DNA of 64,000 bases from Leidyana gryllorum EB-2025a (lineage: Eukaryota > Protista > Apicomplexa): contig JBLWGC010000036.1 of assembly GCA_048772705.1 (NCBI GenBank), forward strand, positions 62,001 through 126,000. Direction: 5' to 3'. Below, in pieces: positions 51,799 to 64,000 of this stretch (positions are counted from its first letter, which is position 1; the number at the start of each line of letters is the position of its first letter). The notes under the pieces are model-generated. The model saw only the letters and a list, made by a program, of their open reading frames with translations. It had not been told where the DNA came from and did not search any database. The translations under genes and the position numbers were made by a program.

Positions 51799-53217
51799 AT
51801 GAGCGAGCTGCGGCGGTGTCACGCCTGTGCCAAATATCTTGTGGTCGAAGTGCCCCTTAAGCATCCGTTGTGGCCGCGTAATCTCCTGTGCAACACCTGC
51901 CATGCCCGATTGGTGCCCTGTGAGTGTTGCGAACGGTTAACGACACCAGCCCAAGGAGATGAAGTTTTGGCTAACTTGTGTAAGGAGTGTAGCATGCTCA
52001 CTCCTGTATTGAATGACGACGATTTGCGATACTGTGCTATCCAGGCCCTAATGTATTTGGCACAATATATCGGTGTGACTTTCGAACCGAGGCTTCTACA
52101 CTTACAAAAGAAACGAAGATCTACTGCAACTCGGAAAGAGAGAGTATCTGTACGCTATATGATCCACACATGTCCCTCTTTACCGCGGCCGGGAAAGTCA
52201 GTGTCTTTCGTACTACCAGAAACGCCGACATCCCCAGCACCCCACACCCCTTCCCCGCTAGCTGCGCTCCAGCAGAAAGTACTTCAATGGCCATCTCCGT
52301 TGGAGAGACGCCTACCTACAACCCAACCTCTTGTTCCAAATCTTCATCAACCAGCCAGTACTCGATTATGGCGTTCCTCTCCGGAAACAATGATTCCGTC
52401 TCCTGTCCCTCCAATCCCCTTGTACCATTCTCTCTCGGCTTCTCGAGCACTAGCCTCCCATGAGATGTCGCCCCTCAATCAATCCCGTTGGTACGAGCAA
52501 TCAGTACGACCATCCACATCTCCTGACATGAAAGTTAATAGCTACGCACCATACCCCCTTCACTCACTGGTGGATCTTCGACCGCTGAATGATACGCCCT
52601 CTCTGGGTCCTGCTTTTTTCTCAACGTGGATCTGCGGACGTGACTCGCACCGAAAAGAGGTGCAGCAGGCCTTGGAGACATACGCCGAAGCCGTACTCCA
52701 CAGTCTGCGGGTGCGCTTTATGAGTCGAAGGCGTCGGGATGGTGGTTTGCACGCGTTCGGGCTTTGTGAGACCGTCCGTGGAAGTACTTCCAACGGACGG
52801 ACCGCACGCGTTCAAGGCATCCAGATTCGTTCGGGTCTGCCGTGGGTGAAGGCTCTGGCAACTTTGTGTCATGAATTGATCCATGCCTGGTTATTTCTCT
52901 CTCGATTTTGCGTTCCCAACGGGGTACACGAGGTCGCGGTGAAGAGACTGGGTACACCGACGATGGTGAGTGCCGAAGAGGGAATGTGCAACGCGGTGGC
53001 TCGCGACTTTCTCAAGTGCACCTACTCGATGCTCAAAATACGGGAGCTGGCTCAAACTGAGGCGGCCAAAGTCACTCGTTTCTTGCGGAAGAAGCTGGAA
53101 AGTCCATCAGAGCTCCACTATCAGGGACTGCGAGCGGCTGAAGGAGCGATCAACGACTTGGGTTGGTTAAGGGCACTGAATCAAGTTCGTCACACGGGAA
53201 CATTCGAACATTTCTAG
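51799..53217 (+). CDS. DA1-like zinc metallopeptidase with N-terminal Cys-rich zinc-binding region
   Basis: Four CxxC pairs; TLCHELIHAWL (HExxH) and downstream EEGMCN. Confidence 0.75.
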   Translation: MSELRRCHACAKYLVVEVPLKHPLWPRNLLCNTCHARLVPCECCERLTTPAQGDEVLANLCKECSMLTPVLNDDDLRYCAIQALMYLAQYIGVTFEPRLLHLQKKRRSTATRKERVSVRYMIHTCPSLPRPGKSVSFVLPETPTSPAPHTPSPLAALQQKVLQWPSPLERRLPTTQPLVPNLHQPASTRLWRSSPETMIPSPVPPIPLYHSLSASRALASHEMSPLNQSRWYEQSVRPSTSPDMKVNSYAPYPLHSLVDLRPLNDTPSLGPAFFSTWICGRDSHRKEVQQALETYAEAVLHSLRVRFMSRRRRDGGLHAFGLCETVRGSTSNGRTARVQGIQIRSGLPWVKALATLCHELIHAWLFLSRFCVPNGVHEVAVKRLGTPTMVSAEEGMCNAVARDFLKCTYSMLKIRELAQTEAAKVTRFLRKKLESPSELHYQGLRAAEGAINDLGWLRALNQVRHTGTFEHF

Positions 53218-53272
53218 TCTACAGTAGACCATATTTTGCTCACCAAAAAAGCCACAGTGGCCAGCACAAACT

Positions 53273-55507
53273 ATGACATCCATAAGGTTGGCTTGGTGGG
53301 CGAGTCTCCATCTTGTACATGCTTATTTCCCGGGTACTCCGCGAATTGTCCACTGGGGGGACACTGTGAGGATTTACAGCAGACCCATATATCCAGCTAA
53401 TCCTACGGTGGGGCTGTCGGTACCATTCCACAAACTGCCCTTCTGTCCAATTGATGACTCGACTGATGCCAAGCAGGACACTCGGTTGGACGATCATGGG
53501 TCCGACTTATTCTTCACAGAGCCATCGGTTCCAGTGCTCGATCTAGTTGTCGGAGCGGACTTCAGTTGTCGTCCTTTATGTAACGTGACTATTGGCGAGG
53601 ATCAACGGCACCTGTTACACTCATTAGTCGAGCAAGAAAGCAAATTTACTTGGATCGTTGACGATCTACCTGGGTTACAACATCACCGTCCAAGTCCGGC
53701 CACGGCAACTACTCTGCTAACTTTGGGAACCCCGGTGGGCGAAGGGCTCGAGGGGGGAGATCACGCTCTGTTGAACGTTTATCAACTTGAAATTGATGTC
53801 GTCCCGGCACCCTCTCGACCTTTCGAGCCAATATCACAGCTTCTGGGCTCCGAACACACTGCATTGGCACACAAACGTCCCTTCGTCATTCACGGATTCC
53901 GAATACGTACAGCTTCGTGGGGGGCTGCTCATGCACCTCCGAATGTGGAGGTGTGTATGGGACATGAAGGTAAGACAAGGGTAAATATGCAACCAAGCAG
54001 CGACTGTACGTGTTGTGTCTTTCAGCCTCGCAAGCACCACTGGTGCTCACAGATGAGCTGACACAGTACACAATATACACGGGAGTCTACTTCCGTGTGC
54101 TGGAACACGCTTCGTGGTTGGACAGGTGGAATGACTGGATGCAAGTTCAACAGGAGGGTTACATGGTATCTGGTGACCTGAAGCACTCTGATCTGCGATG
54201 GCTCGAGCGGTATGCGGCGTCTCGTGTGTTCCGCAAACTGCACGTGATGCGGCTGGTGTACGGAATAGGAGCCTGCGTGTTGTTGACAGCAATGTTTCTG
54301 CTGATTGTGGGCCGCTCGATCAATGCGGACATTGCTTATTACGCAGATCGGGTGGATGATTTGGGTGGTTTTGGGGAGGAGTCCGAGGGATGGAGACGGA
54401 TAGCGACGGAGGTGTTCCGCAAACCGGCTCATTTTACGCTGATAAGTGCGGCTGTAGGCAACAGTGTACAGCTGCTTTTGATGGGTATCAGCGTCTGTGT
54501 ATTGTTTGTCTTCAAAGGTCTCGATCTGACCAAAGCGAAGACAGATATGTTGGTGATTGGAACGATCGTCTGGGCGCTGCTCGGTTTCGTAGCGGGTTAC
54601 GTGTCGGCATGGTTGTACGGGAGTTTGCAACGAACACATAATTGGCAAATGACGGCGATACGCACGGCAGTTGTGTACGCCGCAGGAGTATGGCTCACGT
54701 GGATAGCACTCAACGAGGCGCTGCGCACATTGGGGAGTTCTGCTGCCCAGCCGCGGGGATCTATTCTGGAGCTGTTTTTGTTGTGGCTCCTTTTGATGAA
54801 TCCGTTGATCTGGATGGGAACTCGGGTGGGCCGGAGCGCCGCCAAGCTGACTTTCCCAGTCCAGCCGACCCTCATACCACGCACGTTTCCAATGTCTCGG
54901 CTTCGACGTTTTCGTCGGGTATGGATTCCACTTCACTTGGGGTTGCTGCCTTTCATTGGCGTGCTCCCTATGGTTGTAGAAATGTTGGAGCTTAGCGGCG
55001 AAGGGCGGATCATTCCATTTCTTAGCCTCGGATTCGTATCAACCGCAGTGATGGTTTTGCTTAGTGTGCAGGCCAGTCTTGTCGCAACGTACCTTTTGCT
55101 CCGCAGGTACGTGAGGAGGCGGCTGGCTGGACCGTATAGATCTCATTTCGGTGTGCAGAGAGGATCCTGCATGGTGGTGGCCTGCTTTCCTCGCTGCTGG
55201 TTCCCCAGCGGTGTATTCCCAAATAGCAGCGATGGCAAGGCCACTTATTATTGCTTCAAGGTAACGCGTGCACACACCCACTATATGTAGCTGCTATGAT
55301 GTTCACAGCGCTCCACACCCCGCGATGAACATTAGATTGTACCTGATCTGGTGTGGATATATCTTCATTGGTAATTACACTCTCTTTATCCTTTGTGGTA
55401 AGCATATTTTGCTCTGTTGTTATCACACAAGTGATACAGGTGGCCTGGGTGTCACGGCTTCGTTGTTTTTAGTGCGTCACATCTTCGCGTCAATTAAGGC
55501 AGATTAG
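53273..55507 (+). CDS. TM9SF/EMP70 nonaspanin, multi-exon
   Basis: Signal peptide, LPFC, WIVDDLP, EESEGWRRIATEVFRKP, GYVSAWLY, GLLPF, WWW, C-terminal IFASIKAD. Confidence 0.9.
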
Positions 55508-55530
55508 AAATATAGAGGAAGAACACTGTT

Positions 55531-58500
55531 ATGCAGATGTTGCCCCTGTTAGTATACTTTAGGAGTTTGTTAGAGGTGGCTGGGTCCAATTCTGAGTCCC
55601 TCGCAGACAAAATGGAGGTTATCCTCTCGTCCCCACAACTGAGGCAAGACTCTACGTCGCTAGCTGGCGTCATTCCCTTTCATCATTCCTATGTCTACTG
55701 CCCGACGGTTGGACATGTTGATTTCTGCCTGGAGACCGAGTTTGCTTTCACATGCCAGGATGTCGCCTGCAACATCAAGCCGATTGCGGTGCGGCAGAGC
55801 CGAAAGAACGACTCGCAGCGTCGGGAACTTGCCGTCGCGAGCATTTGTGATACACCTGCAGCCAAACAGTTACTCCCCGCTATATGTGATGAGAACGCTA
55901 ATCTGACTGATATATACTCGCAAATGATGTCCACCCTCGATTCCGTCAGGGACTGGTGGAGTATTGACAACATTCCCGTGGTGGGACCGATTTTTGATTC
56001 TCTGATGAAGCGACATGAAAAGGAAGATGGCCTCAAACGTAATGAAACCCATCCTGCACGTGTTAGCTCCGATTTGCCGTACTCGGCGCCACTGTATTCT
56101 CCACCGCCTCCCCCTGTCCCAAGTGCTGCTTCCGACAGAGTGGATGTTGGGCCGGTTCGACCTCCGGCTTCGGCCCAGGATGTCGTCGGCAGCATTCTTC
56201 CGGCAGGAGCTGAGATCCCGTACGAGGTTGTCGCAGCTCCGACCGGGGTTCCCGTCACTGACCCCACGAAACCCAGCCAGGTGCTTCTTCACGAGAGTGA
56301 GTCCAGGGCTTCAACGACGGTGGGCGCGGCGGCGCCCCCCACCACGCCGACTGTCACTAAGCCGGCACCGCCGTCGTATCCACTCACATACCTCCCTCCG
56401 ACAATAGTCGACCCTGCTATATCAATGTCAAATGCCTACATGAATCCCATGGCCATATGGCCAATGAATTATGTTCCTTATTACATGCCCGGGACCAATA
56501 GTTTCTCGGGGTTATTATCGCCAACGCCACAGTTTCAAGCAGCGGCGACGCCGAAAGTAGTGGAAACGGAAGGTGTGCCCTCAATGCAATTCAATTCTGT
56601 TTCGAACAAGCCGGAACTATTAGATACCAATTATTTGACTGAACTATTGCGTACTTTCGGACTCGGTGAAGCCATCGTCTCGCCTGAGAGCGGTGACAGC
56701 AGCATAATGGGTACACAGACTCTCAATGATATTGCGCGCTTAATCGGCTACTCTGACGATCCCCGTCCTCCCTTGCACATCCGTACCGCTACCTCGGGAT
56801 TGGAACTATTGAATGCCATCGAAACCAAAGCGTTGGAATTCTTATTGGGACTCTCTCGACCCCTTACTGTGGCAAGCGGCATCGGCCTCGCATCGCCGCA
56901 AGACATTGAGACAATTAGATCTCGTGTTCCCGAAGGCGCTGCTTGGAACAGAGCTGCACAAACCATCGAACAACTGGCCAACGGAGCAGTACTTGACTCC
57001 CTCGGCGCTCCGATCAAAAGTATAAACCCGTTGGTCAGTCCCGCTGCCTTTGACGTCTCCAACATCCTCAACGGGGCGCAATCAGCAGAGGCCGCGTCAG
57101 TGGCTTCACCGCCTCCTGGGTTCCTCTCGAAAACCCTGTCTCAGCTCGATCTTGAGGCACAGCCGTCCTCGCGGTCTGATAGTCAAACGATGCGCCGTCT
57201 CGAGACAGCAGCAGAGGAGGCCGCCACGCCGCCGAAGAATTCGTCCAATGCCTCCACAAGCGACTCGAATGCGGTCAACATAGGCGGAGTCTCCTGCCGA
57301 AAGCTCTCCGACGTGTTGGAACAGCTGGCCCATTTGTTCAATCCACAGGCCACTACCCCTCTGTCGAGTGATACTTTGCCGTGGATACCACTCGATGGAA
57401 TCGCCGGCACCCTACCTGGATGGGCAATGGAGGCGCTGGTGGGACCATACGGATTACTTTTTGAGGATTTGGTCAAAGTCGCTCAAGAAGCAGTCATTCG
57501 CTTGCAGCTCGTCTTTGACGTCTTTGCAGACGAACCCATTCCAGTCACCACAGAAGGCCTTCGAAGTTTCACCGAAAAGGCAGCCGAAGCGTTTCGTGCC
57601 TCATTGAGCAATGGAGAAGCCGATGCGTTGAAATCAATTGCGGTCACCGTAGAGAAACTCCCCACCTTCCTACCGCTACCCGGAATCAGCTCCGCACTCT
57701 TAGAGGGGACAACGCTTGGCAACGCGCTCGGCGGCTTCGACAACGTGGTGGAATCTGTGAGTTTGGATCCATTCCAACGAAAACTGGGCGAAGCGGACCC
57801 GCCTATCATTCTCCAATCCAATGCGGCGGGTGCTGTTCAACCGACGTACTCGTTTCTCCAAACATCATCAGACAATCTACCGTGGCGACCTCTGGATTCT
57901 GTTGCCGCGTCTTACGGAGGATACTTGGCAAATAAAGCTGGAAAGACGGGCGACCTTCTGAGTCGAGTTGCGGGTGCCTGGAGCTCTGCATCACAAAAGT
58001 TGGACTCGGTTACTCGAGTGTTTGTGGATCCCATCAAGGCGCTCACTCCTGATCTGATCCCTGACATATCTGGGCGATCTTCGGCCTCGGCGGGCTATAA
58101 TGGGGCGCCACACGAACCGCGACAGGTGTTGGATCCCCGCACGCAACACACGACTTCCTCGACCTCGACCGTGTCACCGCGAGAAGCTGCCCAGCAAGCG
58201 ATCGGGGATAACCACTATGGGCGGCAACAATATCAGTCTTATGGTTACGATTCTGGCTATGGTTCCTCGCGCAACAATGATTATATGTCCGGCCGCACAC
58301 GATCGGCGCCACTCCCTGGGCCGTTTGACAACCGGGATACCCGTCACCGGTCAAATTCCGGAGGTTTTGAAAACGTGCTGGATTGGGTTCCTCAGATTCC
58401 GACTTTCTGGGACAATCGAGGTTCCAGCGGAGCGAGTAGCTTCCTGGAGGAGTTGAAAGATGATTTAATGAATTGGCCTAGCTGGGTCGATCAGCTGATG

Positions 58501-60828
58501 GCTCTACAAGATGGGAAGAAGCTGACTGCGACCAACGGGGGCGAAGTAGTGATAAATCCGACCGATGTTGATGATGTCACTACCACACCGAGCCCTCCAG
58601 CAAAATCTGAAAGAGAACCCGATGTCGGTATGACTATCCAACTCGATTTTCAGCGTCCTGCGGATGCTCGACCGTACGATGAGGCTGATCATTATACGAA
58701 TTTGCTCAACGAATTTGGAGTGCCCTTAGGCGCCTTATTGGAATGGTTGGGTCTTCCCATTCAGGCCTTCGACCCTCCCACAGCGTTCGAAGACACTTCG
58801 ATCGGTGGTGAAGCTGGTCACAGACACGACGAGATGGCAGGGCGTCGAAGTGATGCGCCATCACATCATTCGCCTCACTCCCACGACGGGCACAAGAGCC
58901 GACACGATCACTCCTCATTGCACGATCGCCACATTGATGCCAAAGAGGATCCCGGCGCTGCTGGCTCCTGGGAGGTAATCAATGAGGCAGAGGAGGATGA
59001 TGAAGATGAACTGCAAAGGCTTGTGCTGCACCTTGTCGATCTGTTAGATTTGCTGGACCGCCCTGCCAGCGTTTTTGAATCACCGGCACAAAGACCACAG
59101 TTAAGTCTTTATGACTTCCTTAGCAAAGAAGTATTGGACGAGAGTGTTGACGGGAGTCAAAGTGCCGAGAAGCGGCTGCTTCAAGACTTCTGGGAACCGT
59201 TGTTGCGTCATCTGGCCCGGGGTCAAGCGCCGAGTCTGCTGCAGACTTTCGAAGAGAGTGTGGAAGCCTCTCCAAGTGATGTCGATGAAACAGTCAACAC
59301 TCCTGGAGAGCCAAAGTTGAGCGGAGCCACAAACATTTATGATAGCGGTATGAAACAGATGGAGGGCGACGGTTACACCAGTCCCGACCCTCTTCAAGTA
59401 CCCGAGAATCTATCGGCGGTTGGTCAGGGAGAACCTCTGACATCAGTCGATCGCAACGAGCCTTCTTCTAAGGCTGTACCTGCGGTGGAGGTGCCAAGAT
59501 CTGATGTCGGAACACCACCTCAAGCCTCGGAGTGGGTTCCTGTACCCCGGCTCAAAGTTTATACTTTGGAGGAGGTGGCGGCGAACCCGCAAGTTGTGAG
59601 TGAAGCCATTCAGCAGTACTTGTCAGAGTGGGAGCGATATATGGGAGTCAGTCTGGGTGTCGTGGAAGGGTCAGCGGAACCGTATCAGAATGTGATCGAT
59701 GAAGTGTTGGAAGAACTGGATTATGAGTTGAGAAAAGTGGTGGCTCAAAGTGAAGCGCTTCCTCCATTAAAGTTGACTATGCCAACGTTTACATCACAGA
59801 AGTCATCAATGAGTGTAAAGGACTATATTTTCAATATGCTCGATGCACTGAACCTCGCGAGAGTTGATAATATGAGGGAAATGATGGATTGGTGGCGCGA
59901 TGCCACAGGTGATGGGAACTTTTTGGTCCCCCAAGACACTTCGGCGAGTATGCTATTCCTGCTGTTTCAGCCGAATCGGCGAGCTCCCGTTGTTGAGGAT
60001 AGTGAGCAGGGGATCATGGAACCCAATGGTCCCGTTGCTATGGGGTCCATCATCCCTGTGGGTTTCCTGCAGTCTGAGAAAGAGTCGACGCTGCTCGACG
60101 CAGACGTCACCCGTGAGTTCTCAGAGACTGGAACACAGTCTCCATCACCTGCGCGCAGAGATGGCCCGCCATCACCCAACGTCAAAAGAGACGTTGGCTT
60201 TGTGAGTGAACAAGACAGCGTACGGAACAGCGAAGGACTAATGGATATGTTAATTCAAGCGGTCAAGACGGGTACGGTTGGGAGGGTGCATTGATGATGG
60301 GGGAGAATGTGGTTTGCAGGGTACGAAGCTGTCCGATCCCAGATCAGCGAGGACATGACAGCCCCACCGTTGCCCCAAAAGCCGGTCAGCAGCGACGCGG
60401 AACCCCGCGAAGTGGACACAGAAGCGCTGGATGCGTATTTGAGCAGCCGGGCGAAGCAAGGGGCCTCCAACTTCCTGCAGAGAATGGCGGACGCTATTGC
60501 CAACAAGGGTCCAGACCTCGACCCGCAAGCTGATGAAGAGCCTGCTTTCACTGAGGACACCTCTGCATACAGAAAATCCGGCGGCGGCGGTAGCAGACGA
60601 CCATCCTATGGCCACGACGAGACGCTCGGGCACAGGAGATCAAACCCCTACGGAGATGGACGGCGCGACCAGTTGTCGTCGTCGTCAGCGTTGTCGCCGT
60701 CCTACGGCGGCTATCACAGGAACATTGGAGGTCAGCACGGAGGATACGATGACTGGGGTTCTTCTAGACAATCTCCGCGCGACCGTCATGACTACCGCCA
60801 ATCGAACCCTTACTCCTATTGGGGATGA
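55531..60828 (+). CDS. Large hypothetical protein (~1750 aa), probable intron at 60272-60319
   Basis: 1587-codon ORF joined in frame to ORF 60307-60828 by a GT..AG intron; no recognised domain. Confidence 0.75.
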
Positions 60829-61316
60829 AGAGTCATCATTCGCACTTGAATCGACAGCTCAGCTTCTTCAATCCGTTTCCTAGCAGGCTTTTTGCCCGTA
60901 TCCAAATGGTAGGGACTACACCGTCGTCGCATTGTCCGTCCAGCACTAGGTGGGCGAAGGGGCCGAACGGGCCCGTCCGAGCACGCTTGCGCCGAGCTGC
61001 TGCGTCTCCGTCGCCTCACACTGCCGTCCATTCTGTCGTCGTCCACCAGCGAGGGACGAGGTGCGCTCGGGGACAAAAAATGCGGCGATTGTAGGTATAC
61101 AGAGTCTTCCTCCGTCTCCTCGTCGTCTTCATCGCACGGGGGAGGCCCCAGCTCCGTCATGTCGGCGCCGGGCTCCGCGTCGCCCTCGCCCCCTTCGTCG
61201 TCGCTCATCGCATCACAGTCGGCCAATATAAGTGTGAGGGCTCTCAATCCAGGATTCAACTCAAAGTCGTCAGCATCCGGTATACCAGATATGAACAGTG
61301 GGTGGTCAATATTCAT
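60816..61316 (-). CDS. Hypothetical acidic/basic low-complexity protein
   Basis: ORF fills the gap between flanking genes; acidic then Arg-rich segments. Confidence 0.5.
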   Translation of the reverse strand: MNIDHPLFISGIPDADDFELNPGLRALTLILADCDAMSDDEGGEGDAEPGADMTELGPPPCDEDDEETEEDSVYLQSPHFLSPSAPRPSLVDDDRMDGSVRRRRRSSSAQACSDGPVRPLRPPSAGRTMRRRCSPYHLDTGKKPARKRIEEAELSIQVRMMTLHPQ

Positions 61317-61346
61317 TAATTTAATGTGCAAAAATTGTGAAAGAGA

Positions 61347-62303
61347 ATGAGACTTGTTCCATTTGCCAGTGAAGAGGAAGTCGGCGTCGGTGCCGCGAAC
61401 TACATAGTGGAGAGGATCAATGAATTCAAACCCTCCGCGGACCGCCCATTTGTGTTAGGTCTGCCCACCGGAGGAACTCCAGTGCGCTGCTACAAAGAGT
61501 TGATCAAACTACATAAGGCAGGGAAAATATCCTTTAAGCATGTGATCACGTTCAATATGGATGAGTATGTTGGACTCCCGCGTGACCACGAACAGTCCTA
61601 CTGGACCTTTATGCACGAGAACCTCTTCAATCACATCGACATCCCGGCCGAAAACGTCCACATTCTGGACGGCAACGCTCCGGATCTCACGGCCGAGTGT
61701 GTCAAATACGAGCAACAAATAAAGGAGTAAGAAACACACATTATAAGTCTGCGGCCTATGGCCATGCATGCGGAGAATTCACAGTGACATTGTCGTCGTT
61801 GTTGTTTTGTCACTCAATGATCTTCTTTCTGCTGATCCACATGATCTCTCCTAACTGTTGCCTGTAGGGTTGGAGGCATCAAACTCTTTCTGGGAGGTGT
61901 TGGTCAGGATGGCCACATTGCCTTCAACGAGCCGGGATCATCATTGAACGCGCGCACTCGTCTCAAGACTTTGGTCGAGGACACACGAATCGCGAACGCG
62001 CGCTTCTTCGGGAACGACCCAAACAAAGTACCTAAATTGGCTTTAACTATTGGTGTGGGGACACTGATGGATGCTGAAGAGCTGTTAGTGTTGTGCACAG
62101 GCCACAACAAAGCCCTCGCAGTTCACCACGGAGTTGAGAAGGGCGTCAACCATCTCTGGACCATCAGTTGCCTACAACTTCATCCGCGCGCCCTAATGTT
62201 TGTAGATCCCCCCGCCACCGGGGAGCTGCGTGTGAAGACTCTGAGATACTTCGAGCAACTGGAGCGCGATAACGTTATGCATTTGCGTCAATCTCAGGCT
62301 TGA
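61347..62303 (+). CDS. nagB: Glucosamine-6-phosphate deaminase; one 141-nt intron (61727-61867)
   Basis: [22 protein letters not shown], spliced [46 protein letters not shown]. Confidence 0.96.
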
Positions 62304-62368
62304 CTTTTTGGTGTCTGAGCTAAACCAACTTTTTCTCGTGAAAATGTGGTCACAAAAGGGGGTCAGTG

Positions 62369-64000
62369 ATGCAAGAGAGCAAGCAGTCAGCTGATCTCAA
62401 GCCCGTACTCGCAGAATTATCTCCCGACGTAATCTCAATCTGCCGTTATCTGGCGTACAATGTGACTGAGTCAGCCTTCCATGCAGTCTATGCTCAGACC
62501 ACGTCTCGCACGAAGAGCCAAAGCGCTCTCAATCCATTTGTTCTGCCTCAAGTGAATCAGAAGAGGGGCATATGGCGCGATCAGGCCGAGGCAATCAAAG
62601 CCGCGCTCGGCCAACGGCCGACCTCGAACTTCATGTCTCTTCACCGGCAATCTCACTATCTCGGCCTCAGGAATCTCGGCGCCTCCTGTTATATGAACAG
62701 CTATCTCCAGGCCCTTTTCATGAACCCTTCCTTTCGATGCCGCTTGTTCCGTCTCTGGCCCCACTTCGCCGGTAGGCATACGGTAAAACGTTTATCGATA
62801 GTTTCTGTGTGTAGAGGAGCGCGGAAAGGTGGTGTACGAGCTCGGGCGCCTCTTCGCGATCCTGCAAAGCGCCCCACTCTCGGTCGGCGACCCATCTGGA
62901 GTCGCCCGCTCTCTCTCAGTGAGCGGCGAGACCCAAGAAGATATGACAGAATTGATGACAATGTTACTCACCGCAATGGAAGCAGATCTCACAAAGTGTT
63001 CCAACTTCCAGGGCACCGGCGGCCTGGTGGAACTCTTCCGAGGCGAGATTGAGAATGGAATCGTGTGCGGGGAATGCCACAACCGAACCTCGCGTCTCGA
63101 ATCTTTCCAGGAGCTTCGAGTCCAACCCCCTTCGAGGGCCGCGAGTTCTCCCGGCCCATCCTTCCTGCTGCCCGCCGTCTCCCGGTCACCGCGTATTCCG
63201 AGAAAGCTATCGGAACCTCCATTGGGCGAGAAGTGGCGGCGAAGTGTCTCTGGCTCATCTCGATCGACATCCAGGGGAGGAGATAACCGTCGACAGATTC
63301 TTCAACAACGACGACTGCAAGCCGTCGCCTCCGTCGCCGAGGAAATACGACCGGCCGAGCCAATCGTGGCTATTGGAGAGGAACAGCAGAAAGAGTTGGT
63401 GCGTCCCAACTCACCAAACGAGCCTATTGTTGAAGTTCCAATCTTCGAACAAGTCGCCTCCAAAATGGAACCGCTTCCAGAGAAGCGCTCCAACAAAAAT
63501 CGGAAACGCCACCACGGCCCCGCGGACAGACAGCACACGCGTAATCGTCGAGGCTCCCCCAGTAGTGTTGTGTTAATCAATGCTGGGAGCTCGTCAGGGT
63601 ACTATACGTGCGACAGTCCTTCGTGTTCTTCCAGCGGAATGCCGGCGGGAAACGTCCCGACCGGTGGCAACGGTGATCGAACCGTCGAGCTCGAGCGAAT
63701 GTTACACGCGTTGTTCAAATCCGAAGTTCTGCGTCGCGAGAATCAGTATTACTGCGAAAAGTGTCAGAAGCGAGTCGACGCGACAAAGTCGCAAACGATC
63801 GCGACACTCCCACCGGTAAGAGAAGCCGGAGATTTCAATGTATCAAACTCTTCTCCGCAGTATCTACAAATCTGCTTCGAACGGTACCGATACGACGCGA
63901 TGACGGGCGACCGCGTCAAGCTAATGCACGAGATAGTCTTTCCGGGGATACTGGACATCGGCAGATACTGCACCGGACGTCACAAGTCTAACGGCCGGTC
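62369..64000 (+). CDS. Ubiquitin-specific protease (C19), partial, multi-exon
   Basis: Cys box GLRNLGASCYMNSYLQALF; later exons NQYYCEKCQKRVDA and LQICFERYRYD. Confidence 0.88.

Noticed and set aside
54022-54936. Long antisense ORF (304 aa) and similar shadow ORFs
   Set aside because: They lie opposite well-supported genes and have no recognisable motifs; expected at this GC content

Overview
This is an extremely compact eukaryotic chromosome segment of moderate GC content. It holds about 33 protein-coding genes in 64 kb, with many short GT-AG spliceosomal introns (mostly ~35-55 nt) and intergenic spacers of typically 9-100 nt. Gene content and architecture suggest an alveolate or apicomplexan-like protist, possibly a gregarine; this is inference, not shown. 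Recognisable genes: kinesin-5, a Naa50-like GNAT, a dynamin-related protein, MCM2, SPF45/RBM17, glycerol kinase, eIF4G, a TMEM121-like protein, a CUE protein, a TPS/TPP fusion, ATG2, DUF1764, TAPT1, Sec14/CRAL-TRIO, SAS-6, a HAD-like protein, SelD, a TFIIF-alpha-like protein, a CAF1-like protein, RPN7, a fidgetin-like AAA ATPase, a DA1-like peptidase, TM9SF, NagB and a USP. Most notable observations: (1) a 339-nt, heavily base-paired intron inside the eIF4G MIF4G domain (candidate new ncRNA or cis-regulatory RNA); (2) near-zero gene spacing, including genes that share palindromic CTAG stops and possibly CATG starts; (3) bacterial-like metabolic genes (selD, glpK, nagB); (4) two apparent pseudoenzymes (TPS/TPP and CAF1). 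Family assignments come from motif recall, not database searches. Exon boundaries were inferred by eye and gene spans include introns.
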